Part shown: positions 19,884 to 29,940 of the stretch, in pieces
Numbering within the stretch: the first letter of the stretch is position 1
Layout: every line of letters starts with the position of its first letter
Origin: SAR202 cluster bacterium
GTDB taxonomy: Bacteria; Chloroflexota; Dehalococcoidia; UBA6926; VFHL01
Direction of reading: 5' to 3'
Assembly: GCA_009392005.1 (NCBI GenBank)
Contig: VFHL01000006.1
Location: 10,671 to 74,670 of the forward strand
DNA: 64,000 nt
Notes under the pieces: model-generated
What the model saw: only the letters and a program-made list of their open reading frames with translations
Databases searched by the model: none
What the model was told of the DNA's origin: nothing
Translations under genes and position numbers: made by a program

Positions 19884-20833
19884 TGCAAGCAAATTTGAAA
19901 ATCCAGCGCTATGATCCAGAAGTGGGCGAAGAACCTAGATACGACAGCCATCAATTAGATTTACCTGAATATGCTACTGTCCTGGATGCTCTTTTGCAGA
20001 TCCGTGACGATGTTGATGGCTCGTTGGCAATGCGCGCTTCCTGCAGGAGTGCGATTTGCGGATCATGTTCCATGCGAATAAATGGTGAAGCACGCTTAGC
20101 GTGTAAAACGCTCATCGCAAATATTGTACAAGTTGAAGGAGCAGAAGTTACCATTGAACCAATGGGCAACATGCCAGTTGTCAAAGACTTAGTTGTTGAC
20201 ATGTCAATGTTCTGGGACAAAGTACAGAAAATCCAACCAGGGCTACTACCCAAAACACCTGAACCGGAACGTGAATTTATTGTTTCTAATGATTCAATGC
20301 TGGATTTAGCAACTGCGTTGAATTGCATAATGTGTGGCGCATGCGTATCTGACTGTACCGTTCTTGAAGTTGACAAGGAATTCATCGGACCTGCAGCTCT
20401 CGCAAAAGCTTACAGGTTTTCTAATGATCCGAGAGATAATGCAACTGATTTACGACTCGATCTTTACAGCCAAGAAAACTATATTTGGAGCTGTACCAGA
20501 TGTTTTCAGTGTGTCCAAGTATGCCCGAAGGACGTTGCACCAATGGAAAAAATTATGTCCCTGCGAAAACAAACGATTGAAGCAGGGCACACCAATAATC
20601 CCGGTACCCGTCATACACAAGCATTTGCAGATTCAATTAGAAAAACTGGACGCCTAGATGAGATTCGCTTGACAGTAAAGGCTTTCGGTATAACAAATAT
20701 CACAGCAATGATTCAATTGATCCCAATAGGATGGAGAGCATTCAGACATAAAAAGATGCCCCATCTTTTGCCAAAATCGATATCATCAATCAAGAATGTC
20801 CGCCGTATCATGGACAAACTGGGGAACGAATAA
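19883..20833 (+). CDS. sdhB: Succinate dehydrogenase Fe-S subunit (extended, type E)
   Basis: SCRSAICGSC, CIMCGACVSDC, CTRCFQCVQVCP; ATG overlaps the sdhA TAA. Confidence 0.94.
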   Translation: MQANLKIQRYDPEVGEEPRYDSHQLDLPEYATVLDALLQIRDDVDGSLAMRASCRSAICGSCSMRINGEARLACKTLIANIVQVEGAEVTIEPMGNMPVVKDLVVDMSMFWDKVQKIQPGLLPKTPEPEREFIVSNDSMLDLATALNCIMCGACVSDCTVLEVDKEFIGPAALAKAYRFSNDPRDNATDLRLDLYSQENYIWSCTRCFQCVQVCPKDVAPMEKIMSLRKQTIEAGHTNNPGTRHTQAFADSIRKTGRLDEIRLTVKAFGITNITAMIQLIPIGWRAFRHKKMPHLLPKSISSIKNVRRIMDKLGNE

Positions 20834-21723
20834 TGCGTTACGCTTTCTGGCCGGGATGTGTATCAAAAGGTGGAACACCCGAACTCTACCCTACGGCAAC
20901 ATCCGTCGCCGAAAAGGTCGGGATGGAACTCGTGGAATTAGACCAAGCTACGTGTACTGGAGCAGGAGCTCTCGGCGAACATGACCCTAAGTTGGTGGAC
21001 GTCCTAAATGCTCGGACATTCGCATTAGCCGAGCGTGAAGGTTTAGACACGCTTTTGACCATTTGTTCAACTTGCCAAGGTGTAATGGCGGCCGTAAATT
21101 ACCGTCTCCGTGAACAGCCGGAATATCTCGCTGAAATCAATGAAACCTTGCGTGAAGAAGGTCTGGAATATAAGGGGACGCTCACAGTAACACACATGAT
21201 GTGGGCGCTTGTTGAAGAGGTTGGGATCGACCATCTGAAAACCATGGTTTTCAGACCGCTACGAGGAGTCAAAATAGCACCGTTTTACGGATGCTATATA
21301 CTGCGACCTAGATACGTTCTTGGCATGAATGAACATCCCAATCGAGAGAATTACCTAGAAAAACTTATTGAAGCGGTTGGGGCCGAACCAGTCGACTATG
21401 AAGGGAAATCAAAATGCTGCGGATTTCCAATCTTGACCATTAACAACGATACCGCTGTAACCATGGTTGGTAATCACTCTTCGGAAGCGAAAGAGAACGG
21501 TGCACATGTAATGGTTACTCCGTGCCCGCTGTGCCACCTTAATTTAGATGGTTACCAGCCGAACGCATCAAGCAAAAGAGGAAATAACATTAACTTACCT
21601 GTATTGCATTTGCCTCAAATGATCGGAGCTGCTCTGGGATTCAATGAAACTGAACTACATCTTAAAAGACACATCATTTCAACAGATTCATTCGTCGAAA
21701 TGTCAGGGATTCAGAGAGCCTAA
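20833..21723 (+). CDS. CCG-domain (HdrB/SdhE-like) subunit of type-E succinate dehydrogenase
   Basis: WPGC..CTG..CSTC and YGC..CCG..CPLC motifs; translationally coupled to sdhB. Confidence 0.88.
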   Translation: MRYAFWPGCVSKGGTPELYPTATSVAEKVGMELVELDQATCTGAGALGEHDPKLVDVLNARTFALAEREGLDTLLTICSTCQGVMAAVNYRLREQPEYLAEINETLREEGLEYKGTLTVTHMMWALVEEVGIDHLKTMVFRPLRGVKIAPFYGCYILRPRYVLGMNEHPNRENYLEKLIEAVGAEPVDYEGKSKCCGFPILTINNDTAVTMVGNHSSEAKENGAHVMVTPCPLCHLNLDGYQPNASSKRGNNINLPVLHLPQMIGAALGFNETELHLKRHIISTDSFVEMSGIQRA

Positions 21724-21782
21724 ACAAAACCCGAAGTAGCGCATCATGAAAAATGTTCTTTGTTTGATACATCTGCAAAATG

Positions 21783-21816
21783 AAATGGGGCCTCTAGAAA
21801 GAGGCCCCATTTTTTC
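21783..21816. terminator. Intrinsic terminator (probably bidirectional) between the sdh operon and the SDR array
   Basis: aaatggggcctct-agaa-agaggccccattttt between convergent genes. Confidence 0.85.
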
Positions 21817-21835
21817 CCTTAAAGTATCGCCTTTG

Positions 21836-22828
21836 CTATGCTCCTCCTGCTGATGGAGTGGGCGCTCCGCCAATAACATCACCACCAATACGAACTCGAT
21901 TCCCTGCAGTCACATCCGCGGCAGTTTGTCCCTGCAACGGAGCAAGACCTTGGAATAATGTCTTGGGAAGGGTTTCAAAAAGTTCATCAATATCCCACTG
22001 CTTGTCGGAATAGAGGTTACGGATAATCTCTTCATCTTTATACAACTTGTATGTCCAACCCGACGTCGCAAAAATTCGCCCGCTCACATGACTTGCTTCA
22101 GGGCTTGAGAGAAATACGACAGCCGGAGCGTTATTGTAAGGGTCCCGCTCTGTTCCTCCCGCAGTTTCGCTTGGAAGAGGCGTGCCATCACGAATCGCTT
22201 TTTGAGAAGCCAATCCCCTATCGGTCATCCTTGTTGCGGCACCTGGAAAAATTGCGTTTGACGTCACGTTGTAGCGAACAAGCGCATTCGCCGTACTTCT
22301 GGTAAAGCCAACGATACCCATTTTAGCTGCCGAGTAATTCGGCTGACCTGGAGAACCCAGTGCTGCTCCCGAACTGAAAGCAAGCAAGCGCCCATACTCT
22401 CGTCTTTGACGCCAATGAATTGCCGCAAATTTAGTTGGTGCGAAACAACCCTTTAAGTGGATCCGCACTACATCATCCCACTCATCTTCCGTCATATTGA
22501 AAATCATTCGTTCACGAAGAATACCAGCCGTACATATCAATATATCCATCTGGCCATAGGTATCGATCGCTGTGCCTATCGCGTTCTCCGAGTCTTCCAT
22601 ACTCGAAACATCACCATGGAACGCGATCGCTTCTCCACCTGCATTTTTGATAATTTCTACAGTTTCGTGCACTGGGTTATCAGCGAGTGGTTTTCCTTCA
22701 ACATCAACTCCGAGGTCCCAAGCTACAACCTTTGCTCCCTCACTAGCTAATGTTACCGCTGTGGCGCGGCCCATACCAACCGCTGCACCTGTAACTACTG
22801 CGACTTTGCCATCTAGTCTACCCATCAC
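21836..22828 (-). CDS. Short-chain dehydrogenase/reductase, paralog 4 of 4 (type A, pair 2)
   Basis: TGAAVGMG, WDLG, CTAGILRE, FSSG, YSAAK. Confidence 0.93.
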   Translation of the reverse strand: MMGRLDGKVAVVTGAAVGMGRATAVTLASEGAKVVAWDLGVDVEGKPLADNPVHETVEIIKNAGGEAIAFHGDVSSMEDSENAIGTAIDTYGQMDILICTAGILRERMIFNMTEDEWDDVVRIHLKGCFAPTKFAAIHWRQRREYGRLLAFSSGAALGSPGQPNYSAAKMGIVGFTRSTANALVRYNVTSNAIFPGAATRMTDRGLASQKAIRDGTPLPSETAGGTERDPYNNAPAVVFLSSPEASHVSGRIFATSGWTYKLYKDEEIIRNLYSDKQWDIDELFETLPKTLFQGLAPLQGQTAADVTAGNRVRIGGDVIGGAPTPSAGGA

Positions 22829-22843
22829 GTTATCTCCTTGTCT

Positions 22844-23806
22844 TTATGCATTTGGTGTTGTTGGTGCGCCACGCTCGGCTCGAATCGAATCCGCCGTACG
22901 AGCACCTGGAAGTTCTAGATCATGTGTCAATGCTTCATCAAAATGTTCAAACACATAATCCATATCCCATGGTTTCTCACCCGAATGTAATTCACGCATG
23001 ACCTCAGGATCGTTATATAACCCAAAGTGCCATCCCACCGCCTGAATCACTTTACCACTTACATTTCGCCCTTCTGGACTTGCCAAGAAAACCAGCATCG
23101 GTGGGACATTGAAGGCATCCCGATCTGTACCAGCGCCCCAATGCACTTGACTAGGTGGGGCATCACCACCCCGGATTTTATCTGCAGTACCAAGTGAACG
23201 GTCATTCATCCTTGTCGCAGCTCCCGGCGTGATGGCATTCGCAGTGACTTCATAGCGCGCCATCGCCAGTGCAGTGCTGCGTATAAACCCAACAATCCCA
23301 GCCTTCGCTGCAGCATAATTAGGCTGGCCCGCAGAACCGAGAAAGGCCCCCGAGCTAAACGCGATTAGTCGCCCATATTCCCGTCGTTGCCGCCAGTGAA
23401 TAGCCGCGAATTTCGTAGGCGCAAATGTACCTTTCATATGAACCCGGACAACATCGTCCCATTCTTCTTCAATCATATTGAAGATCATTCGCTCGCGCAG
23501 AATACCGGCAATACAGGTCAATATATCCAATTGGCCCCAAGTATCAATAACTGTTCTAACAGCATCCTCAGAATCGCTCATGCTGGAGACGTCCCCATAG
23601 AAAGGAACCGCCTCTCCACCAGCTTCTTTAATAATTTCCACAGTTTCATCAACTGGATTGTTCTGAAGCGCTCGTCCTTCAACATCAACGCCAAGATCCC
23701 ACGCTAGTACTTTAGCGCCTTGCCTTGCATAAGTTATAGCTGTAGCCTTACCCATACCTGTTCCGGCACCAGTCACGATCGCTGTCTTACCATTTAGGTG
23801 ACCCAT
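22844..23806 (-). CDS. Short-chain dehydrogenase/reductase, paralog 3 of 4 (type B, pair 2)
   Basis: TGAGTGMG, WDLG, CIAGILRE, FSSG, YAAAK. Confidence 0.93.
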   Translation of the reverse strand: MGHLNGKTAIVTGAGTGMGKATAITYARQGAKVLAWDLGVDVEGRALQNNPVDETVEIIKEAGGEAVPFYGDVSSMSDSEDAVRTVIDTWGQLDILTCIAGILRERMIFNMIEEEWDDVVRVHMKGTFAPTKFAAIHWRQRREYGRLIAFSSGAFLGSAGQPNYAAAKAGIVGFIRSTALAMARYEVTANAITPGAATRMNDRSLGTADKIRGGDAPPSQVHWGAGTDRDAFNVPPMLVFLASPEGRNVSGKVIQAVGWHFGLYNDPEVMRELHSGEKPWDMDYVFEHFDEALTHDLELPGARTADSIRAERGAPTTPNA

Positions 23807-23906
23807 GTCCCCCCTCCATTCCTAGGTCTCCATGCATCAACTTGCCTATCATGTTTTCCCGCAATAACGTACCAAACCTAAATCGGGTTTCAGTCTTGAT
23901 CTTTGG

Positions 23907-24848
23907 TTATAGACTCCCACGATTCCCGGCGGTTACATCCGCTGCATTAAAGCCTTTCACGGCTTCCATACCCTCCGCCAACGTCTGTGGCATCTGCTCG
24001 AAGAGCTTATCCATATCCCAAGGACCCGGGGAGTATAAGTGCCTTACCGTGCTTTCATCACTGTACAATCGATAAGTCCACCCACTAGAACCAAACATTC
24101 GCCCTGTGATATTTCCACCTGCCTCACTCGCAAGGTAAGTCACTATTGGCGCATTATTAAATGGATCACCGGGTGTTCCACCTGCCACTGTACTTGGAAG
24201 AGGTTTCCCATCGCGAATAGCTTGCTGTGCTGTCAATGTGTTATCCGTCATACGTGTCGCCGCGCCAGGGAACACTCCATTTGACGTCACGTTATACCGG
24301 ACAAGCGCATCCGCTGTACTACGAATAAAACTTACGATACCCATTTTCGCTGCACCATAATTAGGTTGCCCGGGAGAACCGTGTGCTGCCGTTGAACTAA
24401 ATCCAATGAGACGCCCATATTCACGTCGTTGTCGCCAATGAACCGCAGCAAATTTCGTCGGAGCAAAATGCCCCTTTAAATGTACCCGAATCACATCATC
24501 CCATTCGTCTTCTGTCATATTAAAAACCATACGTTCACGCAAAAATCCTGCTGGACAGACAAGGATATCAAGCTTCCCGTAAGTATCAATCGCAGTACCG
24601 ATAGCGTTTTCCGCATCAGTCATGTTCGCAACATCACCGTGAAAAGCGATTGCTTCTCCACCTGCCTCTTTGATTTCTTCAACAACCTTATGAACCGGGT
24701 TATCTTCCATCGGTCGACCGTCTAGAGTAACACCAAGATCCCAAGCCACCACCTTTGCACCCTGTTGCGCAAACGTGATAGCGACGGCTCGGCCCATACC
24801 CATAGCGGCCCCAGTCACCACTGCTACTTTTCCATCAAGATGGCCCAT
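23907..24848 (-). CDS. Short-chain dehydrogenase/reductase, paralog 2 of 4 (type A, pair 1)
   Basis: TGAAMGMG, WDLG, CPAGFLRE, FSST, YGAAK. Confidence 0.93.
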   Translation of the reverse strand: MGHLDGKVAVVTGAAMGMGRAVAITFAQQGAKVVAWDLGVTLDGRPMEDNPVHKVVEEIKEAGGEAIAFHGDVANMTDAENAIGTAIDTYGKLDILVCPAGFLRERMVFNMTEDEWDDVIRVHLKGHFAPTKFAAVHWRQRREYGRLIGFSSTAAHGSPGQPNYGAAKMGIVSFIRSTADALVRYNVTSNGVFPGAATRMTDNTLTAQQAIRDGKPLPSTVAGGTPGDPFNNAPIVTYLASEAGGNITGRMFGSSGWTYRLYSDESTVRHLYSPGPWDMDKLFEQMPQTLAEGMEAVKGFNAADVTAGNRGSL

Positions 24849-24934
24849 GACTCTGTCTCCTTATATCCACTTAGTTAGTAATTGTGATTTATCGTTTTTT
24901 TACTGATATCCGCTAGACACGGATTGATACCAAT

Positions 24935-25864
24935 TTAGTTTCCTTGTCGGATATCATCCGCTGTCCGACCTATTGGTGTGGTCATGTCATATGACAAAGC
25001 CTCATGGAATTTATCAAATACCATGTCCATATCCCATGGCCCATCAGAATGTAAAAAGCGGACTTCTCGAGGCTCATCGTACAAACCGTAATGCCAGCCT
25101 TCTGCTCGCCATACACGCCCAGATGCAACCCTACCCGCATCGCTTGACAGCCATACTAGAAGGGGTGGGACATTAAAGGGATCTCGATCAGTCCCTGCGG
25201 CAACAGTACTTGGCACAGGGCTACCTTTTCGAATCAACTCTTGTGACTGTAACGTATTGTCAGTCATACGAGTCGCCGCGGATGGGCAAATCGCATTGGC
25301 AGTCACTTCGTAACGCGCCATCGCAAGTGCCGTACTCCGAACAAATCCAATAATGCCGCCCTTTGCTGCAGAATAGTTTGGTTGACCAGCGCCACCTTCA
25401 AATGCACCGGAACTGAACGCGGTTAAACGCCCAAACTCACGCCGTTGCCGCCAGTGAATTGCTGCGAATTTTGTAGGCGCAAATGTGCCTTTTAAATGCA
25501 CTCGGATAACATCATCCCATTCATCTTCGGTCATGTTAAAAACCATGCGCTCTCGCAAGATACCCGCAATACACGTTAAAATATCTAACTTGCCCCAGGT
25601 GTCGACAGCAGTACCTATGGCTTTTTCAGCATCCTCCATGCTTGCCACATCGCCATGGAATGCTATTGCCTCTCCGCCTTCAGCCTGGATTTCCTCTACC
25701 ACCTCATCAACTGGGTTTTTATCAAGAGATTTACCATCAAGCGCAACACCTAAGTCCCATGCAAGGACCTTCGCGCCTTCTCTCGCGTAGGTAATCGCGG
25801 TCGCCCTACCCATACCTGCTCCAGCACCAGTTACAACTGCTACTTTTCCGTCAAGATGACCCAT
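24935..25864 (-). CDS. Short-chain dehydrogenase/reductase, paralog 1 of 4 (type B, pair 1)
   Basis: TGAGAGMG, WDLG, CIAGILRE, FSSG, YSAAK; SD AGGAGG. Confidence 0.93.
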   Translation of the reverse strand: MGHLDGKVAVVTGAGAGMGRATAITYAREGAKVLAWDLGVALDGKSLDKNPVDEVVEEIQAEGGEAIAFHGDVASMEDAEKAIGTAVDTWGKLDILTCIAGILRERMVFNMTEDEWDDVIRVHLKGTFAPTKFAAIHWRQRREFGRLTAFSSGAFEGGAGQPNYSAAKGGIIGFVRSTALAMARYEVTANAICPSAATRMTDNTLQSQELIRKGSPVPSTVAAGTDRDPFNVPPLLVWLSSDAGRVASGRVWRAEGWHYGLYDEPREVRFLHSDGPWDMDMVFDKFHEALSYDMTTPIGRTADDIRQGN

Positions 25865-26186
25865 ATCTTCCCTCCTAAATGTGCTCCATCTTCCAACATA
25901 AAAACGTTAACGGTTTGACGGTCAGTGATGTACTCAAAATGGACGTGATTTGAATAGTTTCTCCATAACACATCCAGGTGGTTTTTCGCACATTCTACGC
26001 GGGCCGCCGTTCATCGGAACGGACAGGCCTGAGATCATGCCAAATGAACGCATACACCCTCTGCACGCCTTACACGTATCTATATAATACACCACCACTC
26101 AAGGGGAAGTCGGTATCATTTCGGTAACACAATCTTAATCCCGTGATCAAAGAGGTTATGAAAAAATGAGAGATAGTTACCCGCAT

Positions 26187-26214
26187 AAAAAAAGCCCCAC
26201 ATTGTGAAGCTTTT
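26187..26214 (-). terminator. Probable intrinsic terminator of mdh
   Basis: Minus strand aaaagcttcac-aat-gtggggcttttttt, downstream of the mdh stop. Confidence 0.7.
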
Positions 26215-26290
26215 AATTTATATGCAACCACTATTATGCAACCATCGCCAATAAAACCCTATAAGCGACCAATGGTCTGTAGAACAAAAA

Positions 26291-27220
26291 TTACAAAGAA
26301 TCCATCGCGTCTACGAGCTCTTGAACGGCCTCCACAGAACCACTCAATTGCGATTTCTCTTCATTATCCAACTCGATCTCAATGATTTGCTCAATACCTG
26401 CGGCTCCCAATTTCACCGGAACACCAACAAGTAAGCCATCGACACCATACTCACCTTCAAGATAAGCGGCACATGGAAGAATGCGCTTTTTATCCAAAAG
26501 AATTGATTCTGTCATCTGAAGAATGGCAGCAGCTGGCGCATAAAAGGCGCTCCCGGTTTTCAGTAAATTCACAATTTCCCCACCACCATCGCGGGTCCTT
26601 TGAACAATTGCATCGATCCGATCTTGGGATAGCAAAGATGCAAGGGGAAACCCACCAACTGTCGTATAACGCACCAGGGGGACCATAGTGTCACCGTGCC
26701 CGCCCAAAACATATGCCTGAACATCTTCAACCGATACGTTTAATTCTTGTGCGATAAAAGTCCGCATCCTCGCAGTATCAAGAACACCCGCCATTCCCAC
26801 AACTCGCTCACGCGGGAATCCACTTTTCTTAAATGCTAAGTGCGCCATAGCATCCAAAGGATTACTGACTATCATTAAGATGGAATTTGGCGAGCGAGAA
26901 ACCACCTCTTCGATCACGCTATTCATAATCCCCATGTTAGTTTTCAAAAGATCGTCACGACTCATACCTGGACGTCGCGCTATACCTGCAGTAATGACTA
27001 CAAGATCAGAATCTGCCGTCTCATCATAGGTGTTTGCACCAATAATCTGAGAATCGTAGCCAAGGACTGGTCCACTCTCCAACAAATCCAACGCTTTTCC
27101 TTGAGGCATACCCTCAACAACATCGACAAGAACTACATCAGCGAACCCCTTCTCAACTATGCGCTGCGCAGCTGTTGCACCAACATTTCCGGCTCCCACA
27201 ACGGTAACTTTGCTCTTCAT
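26291..27220 (-). CDS. mdh: Malate dehydrogenase (LDH-like)
   Basis: [44 protein letters not shown]. Confidence 0.96.
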   Translation of the reverse strand: MKSKVTVVGAGNVGATAAQRIVEKGFADVVLVDVVEGMPQGKALDLLESGPVLGYDSQIIGANTYDETADSDLVVITAGIARRPGMSRDDLLKTNMGIMNSVIEEVVSRSPNSILMIVSNPLDAMAHLAFKKSGFPRERVVGMAGVLDTARMRTFIAQELNVSVEDVQAYVLGGHGDTMVPLVRYTTVGGFPLASLLSQDRIDAIVQRTRDGGGEIVNLLKTGSAFYAPAAAILQMTESILLDKKRILPCAAYLEGEYGVDGLLVGVPVKLGAAGIEQIIEIELDNEEKSQLSGSVEAVQELVDAMDSL

Positions 27221-27295
27221 GGCGTCCTATCCTTACATCTTAGTTCGGTTGCTGGAAACACATATCGTTTCTCCAGCATTCTGTAATCACTATTA

Positions 27296-28849
27296 TTAGA
27301 GTGGAATATTCCCGTGCTTCTTGGGTGGCAATGAATCTCTTTTGTTTTCCAACATTTTTAACGCACGAATTATTTTCCCACGTGTTTCGGCAGGATCAAT
27401 CACATCATCAACATATCCACGATTTGCCGCCCGATAAGGATTGTTGAATACATTCGTTAGTTCATCCACGAGTTCAGCTCTTCGCTCTTCAGGATTTTCG
27501 GCCTCGCGCAACTCTGGTCCGTACAGAATGTTGACTGCCCCATCGGCACCCATGACTGCAACTTCACCTTGAGGCCAAATGTAGTTGATGTCGCTACGCA
27601 ACATCACGCTGCTCATCACGATAAATGCACCACCATACGCCTTCCTCGTGATAACGCTTACTTTGGGAACTGTCGCTTCAGAATACGCATAAATCATTTT
27701 CGCACCATGACGAATGATGCCAGCGTACTCTTGTTGTGAACCCGGAAGAAAACCTGGAACATCAACCAGTGAAACTATTGGTATGTTATAGCAATCGCAA
27801 AACCGGATAAAGCGGGCCGCTTTATCCGCTGCATCTACATCCAGACTACCCGCCATGTACGCTGGTTGCTGAGCAACCAATCCTATGGACTTACCATCCA
27901 TTCTCGCAAAACCAACAAGCACATTAGGTGCAAATGATTCTTGAACTTCCATAAAATCTGCGTTATCAACAATCCTGCGAATTACATCTTTCATGTCATA
28001 CGGAACACTCGGATCATCGGGAATAATATCTCGCAATGTTTCATCTGTCCGATCGGGAGAATCATTTGTTAAAACCAGCGGAGGCTGCTCTGAATTGTTT
28101 TGGGGAATATACTCTAGCAATTGCTGAACAATATTAAGCGTCCCCTCCTCGCCTTCACCGGCGAAATGCGCTACACCACTCCTCACCATATGTGTATCGG
28201 CACCACCGAGTTCTTCCATCGTGATTTCTTCACCTGTAACAGCTTTGATAACGCCTGGACCAGTCACAAACATTTGCCCAATCCCGCGTTCCATTATTAC
28301 AAAATCAGTGAGCGCTGGTGAATATACGGCCCCACCTGCTGCTGGCCCCATCACAACAGAAATTTGGGGAACAACACCCGAAAACAACACATTCCGCAAG
28401 AAAATGTTTCCATAACCAAAAAGGCTATCAACACCCTCTTGAATACGTGCCCCTCCCGAATCCATTATGCCAATAACTGGAGCTCCAGTTTTTCCTGCCA
28501 TATCCATAATCTGAGTGATTTTTTCGGCAGCAACCTGAGAAAGTGATCCCCCGAGGATCGTGAAATCCTGCGAAAATACGAACGTACTCCTACCATTCAC
28601 AGTCCCAAATCCAGTGACTACTGAATCGCCTTCAAAAATCTGTTCGCTCATCCCAAAATCCGTCGCTCGGTGAGTTACAAATGGACCGACCTCTTGAAAA
28701 CTTCCATCATCTAACAAATATTCAATTCGCTCGCGGGCGGTTAACTTGCCACGAGAATGTTGTCGTTCAACTGCCTGCTCTCCACCAGCAGCCAATATCT
28801 TTTCTTTTCGTTCCTGCAAATGCTGCAGCTTCTCATTATTGGTGGTCAT
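27296..28849 (-). CDS. pccB: Acyl-CoA carboxylase carboxyltransferase subunit (PccB/MmdA-like)
   Basis: GKLTARERI, DSGGARIQEG, GPAAGGAVYSPA, VDVPGFLPG, RKAYGGA, KKHGNIPL. Substrate assignment is inferred. Confidence 0.85.
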   Translation of the reverse strand: MTTNNEKLQHLQERKEKILAAGGEQAVERQHSRGKLTARERIEYLLDDGSFQEVGPFVTHRATDFGMSEQIFEGDSVVTGFGTVNGRSTFVFSQDFTILGGSLSQVAAEKITQIMDMAGKTGAPVIGIMDSGGARIQEGVDSLFGYGNIFLRNVLFSGVVPQISVVMGPAAGGAVYSPALTDFVIMERGIGQMFVTGPGVIKAVTGEEITMEELGGADTHMVRSGVAHFAGEGEEGTLNIVQQLLEYIPQNNSEQPPLVLTNDSPDRTDETLRDIIPDDPSVPYDMKDVIRRIVDNADFMEVQESFAPNVLVGFARMDGKSIGLVAQQPAYMAGSLDVDAADKAARFIRFCDCYNIPIVSLVDVPGFLPGSQQEYAGIIRHGAKMIYAYSEATVPKVSVITRKAYGGAFIVMSSVMLRSDINYIWPQGEVAVMGADGAVNILYGPELREAENPEERRAELVDELTNVFNNPYRAANRGYVDDVIDPAETRGKIIRALKMLENKRDSLPPKKHGNIPL

Positions 28850-28977
28850 AGAAATGTCCTAATCCTCCTAAGAATTTCTTACTTCCAGATATGCCACAAG
28901 TACGCGTAGATGTTAGCAAAACTCGCCACTACGAGCAATCGTTCATCGACTAGAGAAAATACCTTCGCCCACGTTCA

Positions 28978-29940
28978 TCAGTCCATCGCTTTTATTTTAG
29001 CCAAAATCTCATCGTCTTCACTTAAATCCAATGAAAATGAAGAAGACAACTCACGTTTATACCAGTCGTAACTTTGCGCTAATCCCGAGGCCGTAGTCCA
29101 GCGAGGGGCATATCCTAAATCACGTCGCGCTTTATCAGTGCTATAAATCACGCACCGACGGGTTTGATATGGAAACGAGCGCATAGCAGGGGTCAATTCA
29201 TCAGGAACCGATACAATTTTGGGCGCGACTCCCACTGCATCAGCCATCGCGTTGAACCACCCACGTAAACTAGCATAATCTGGCCCTGCCCCATTGTAGC
29301 TTTGGCCATATGAACGAGGATTCCCCAAGCAGCTAATAAACATCTGTGCGATATCCTCTACATGCACCAAATGGGCAAGAGGAATGCCCCTAGTCGGTAA
29401 AAGTAAGGGCCTAGCATGCTCGAGTCGATAAAAGAAAGCAGGCTCCCTCCCTAAGGAATTGGTTCCTGCACCATAAACATATGATGGTCGGATTACACTG
29501 AAAGGGACACCCGTATTTTGGCTCCACGCAGCCAATGCCCGTTCAGCTAAAATCTTATTCCATCCGTATGATCCCCCACGTTCGTCAGGCATCAGTCGAT
29601 CATGTTCATGAATCGGATATATGAGGTTCCCAAAATAGACCGCTGTGGTACTTGTAAATACATAATGGCCAACTTTTCCCGTAAGTGCACCCAACGATCC
29701 TTGTATCTGCTCTGCCGTATATGCGGATATATCAAAGGCGGCGTCAAATGATCGGTTTTGCAATGCTCTGGCCACACTATCATCATCATCGCGATCAGCT
29801 TGAATTCTCTCTACTGATGATGGTACCGAAGCCTCTGTAACCCCGCGATTCAATATTGTTACTTCGTGATCTGCATTCAACAACTCATGTAACAGCGTGT
29901 AGCCAATGAATCGAGTTCCTCCCAATATCAATATCTTCAT
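28978..29940 (-). CDS. NAD-dependent epimerase/dehydratase family protein (atypical extended SDR)
   Basis: LGGTRFIG, NRG, TSTTAVY, YGWNK, IRPSYVYG. Confidence 0.85.
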   Translation of the reverse strand: MKILILGGTRFIGYTLLHELLNADHEVTILNRGVTEASVPSSVERIQADRDDDDSVARALQNRSFDAAFDISAYTAEQIQGSLGALTGKVGHYVFTSTTAVYFGNLIYPIHEHDRLMPDERGGSYGWNKILAERALAAWSQNTGVPFSVIRPSYVYGAGTNSLGREPAFFYRLEHARPLLLPTRGIPLAHLVHVEDIAQMFISCLGNPRSYGQSYNGAGPDYASLRGWFNAMADAVGVAPKIVSVPDELTPAMRSFPYQTRRCVIYSTDKARRDLGYAPRWTTASGLAQSYDWYKRELSSSFSLDLSEDDEILAKIKAMD

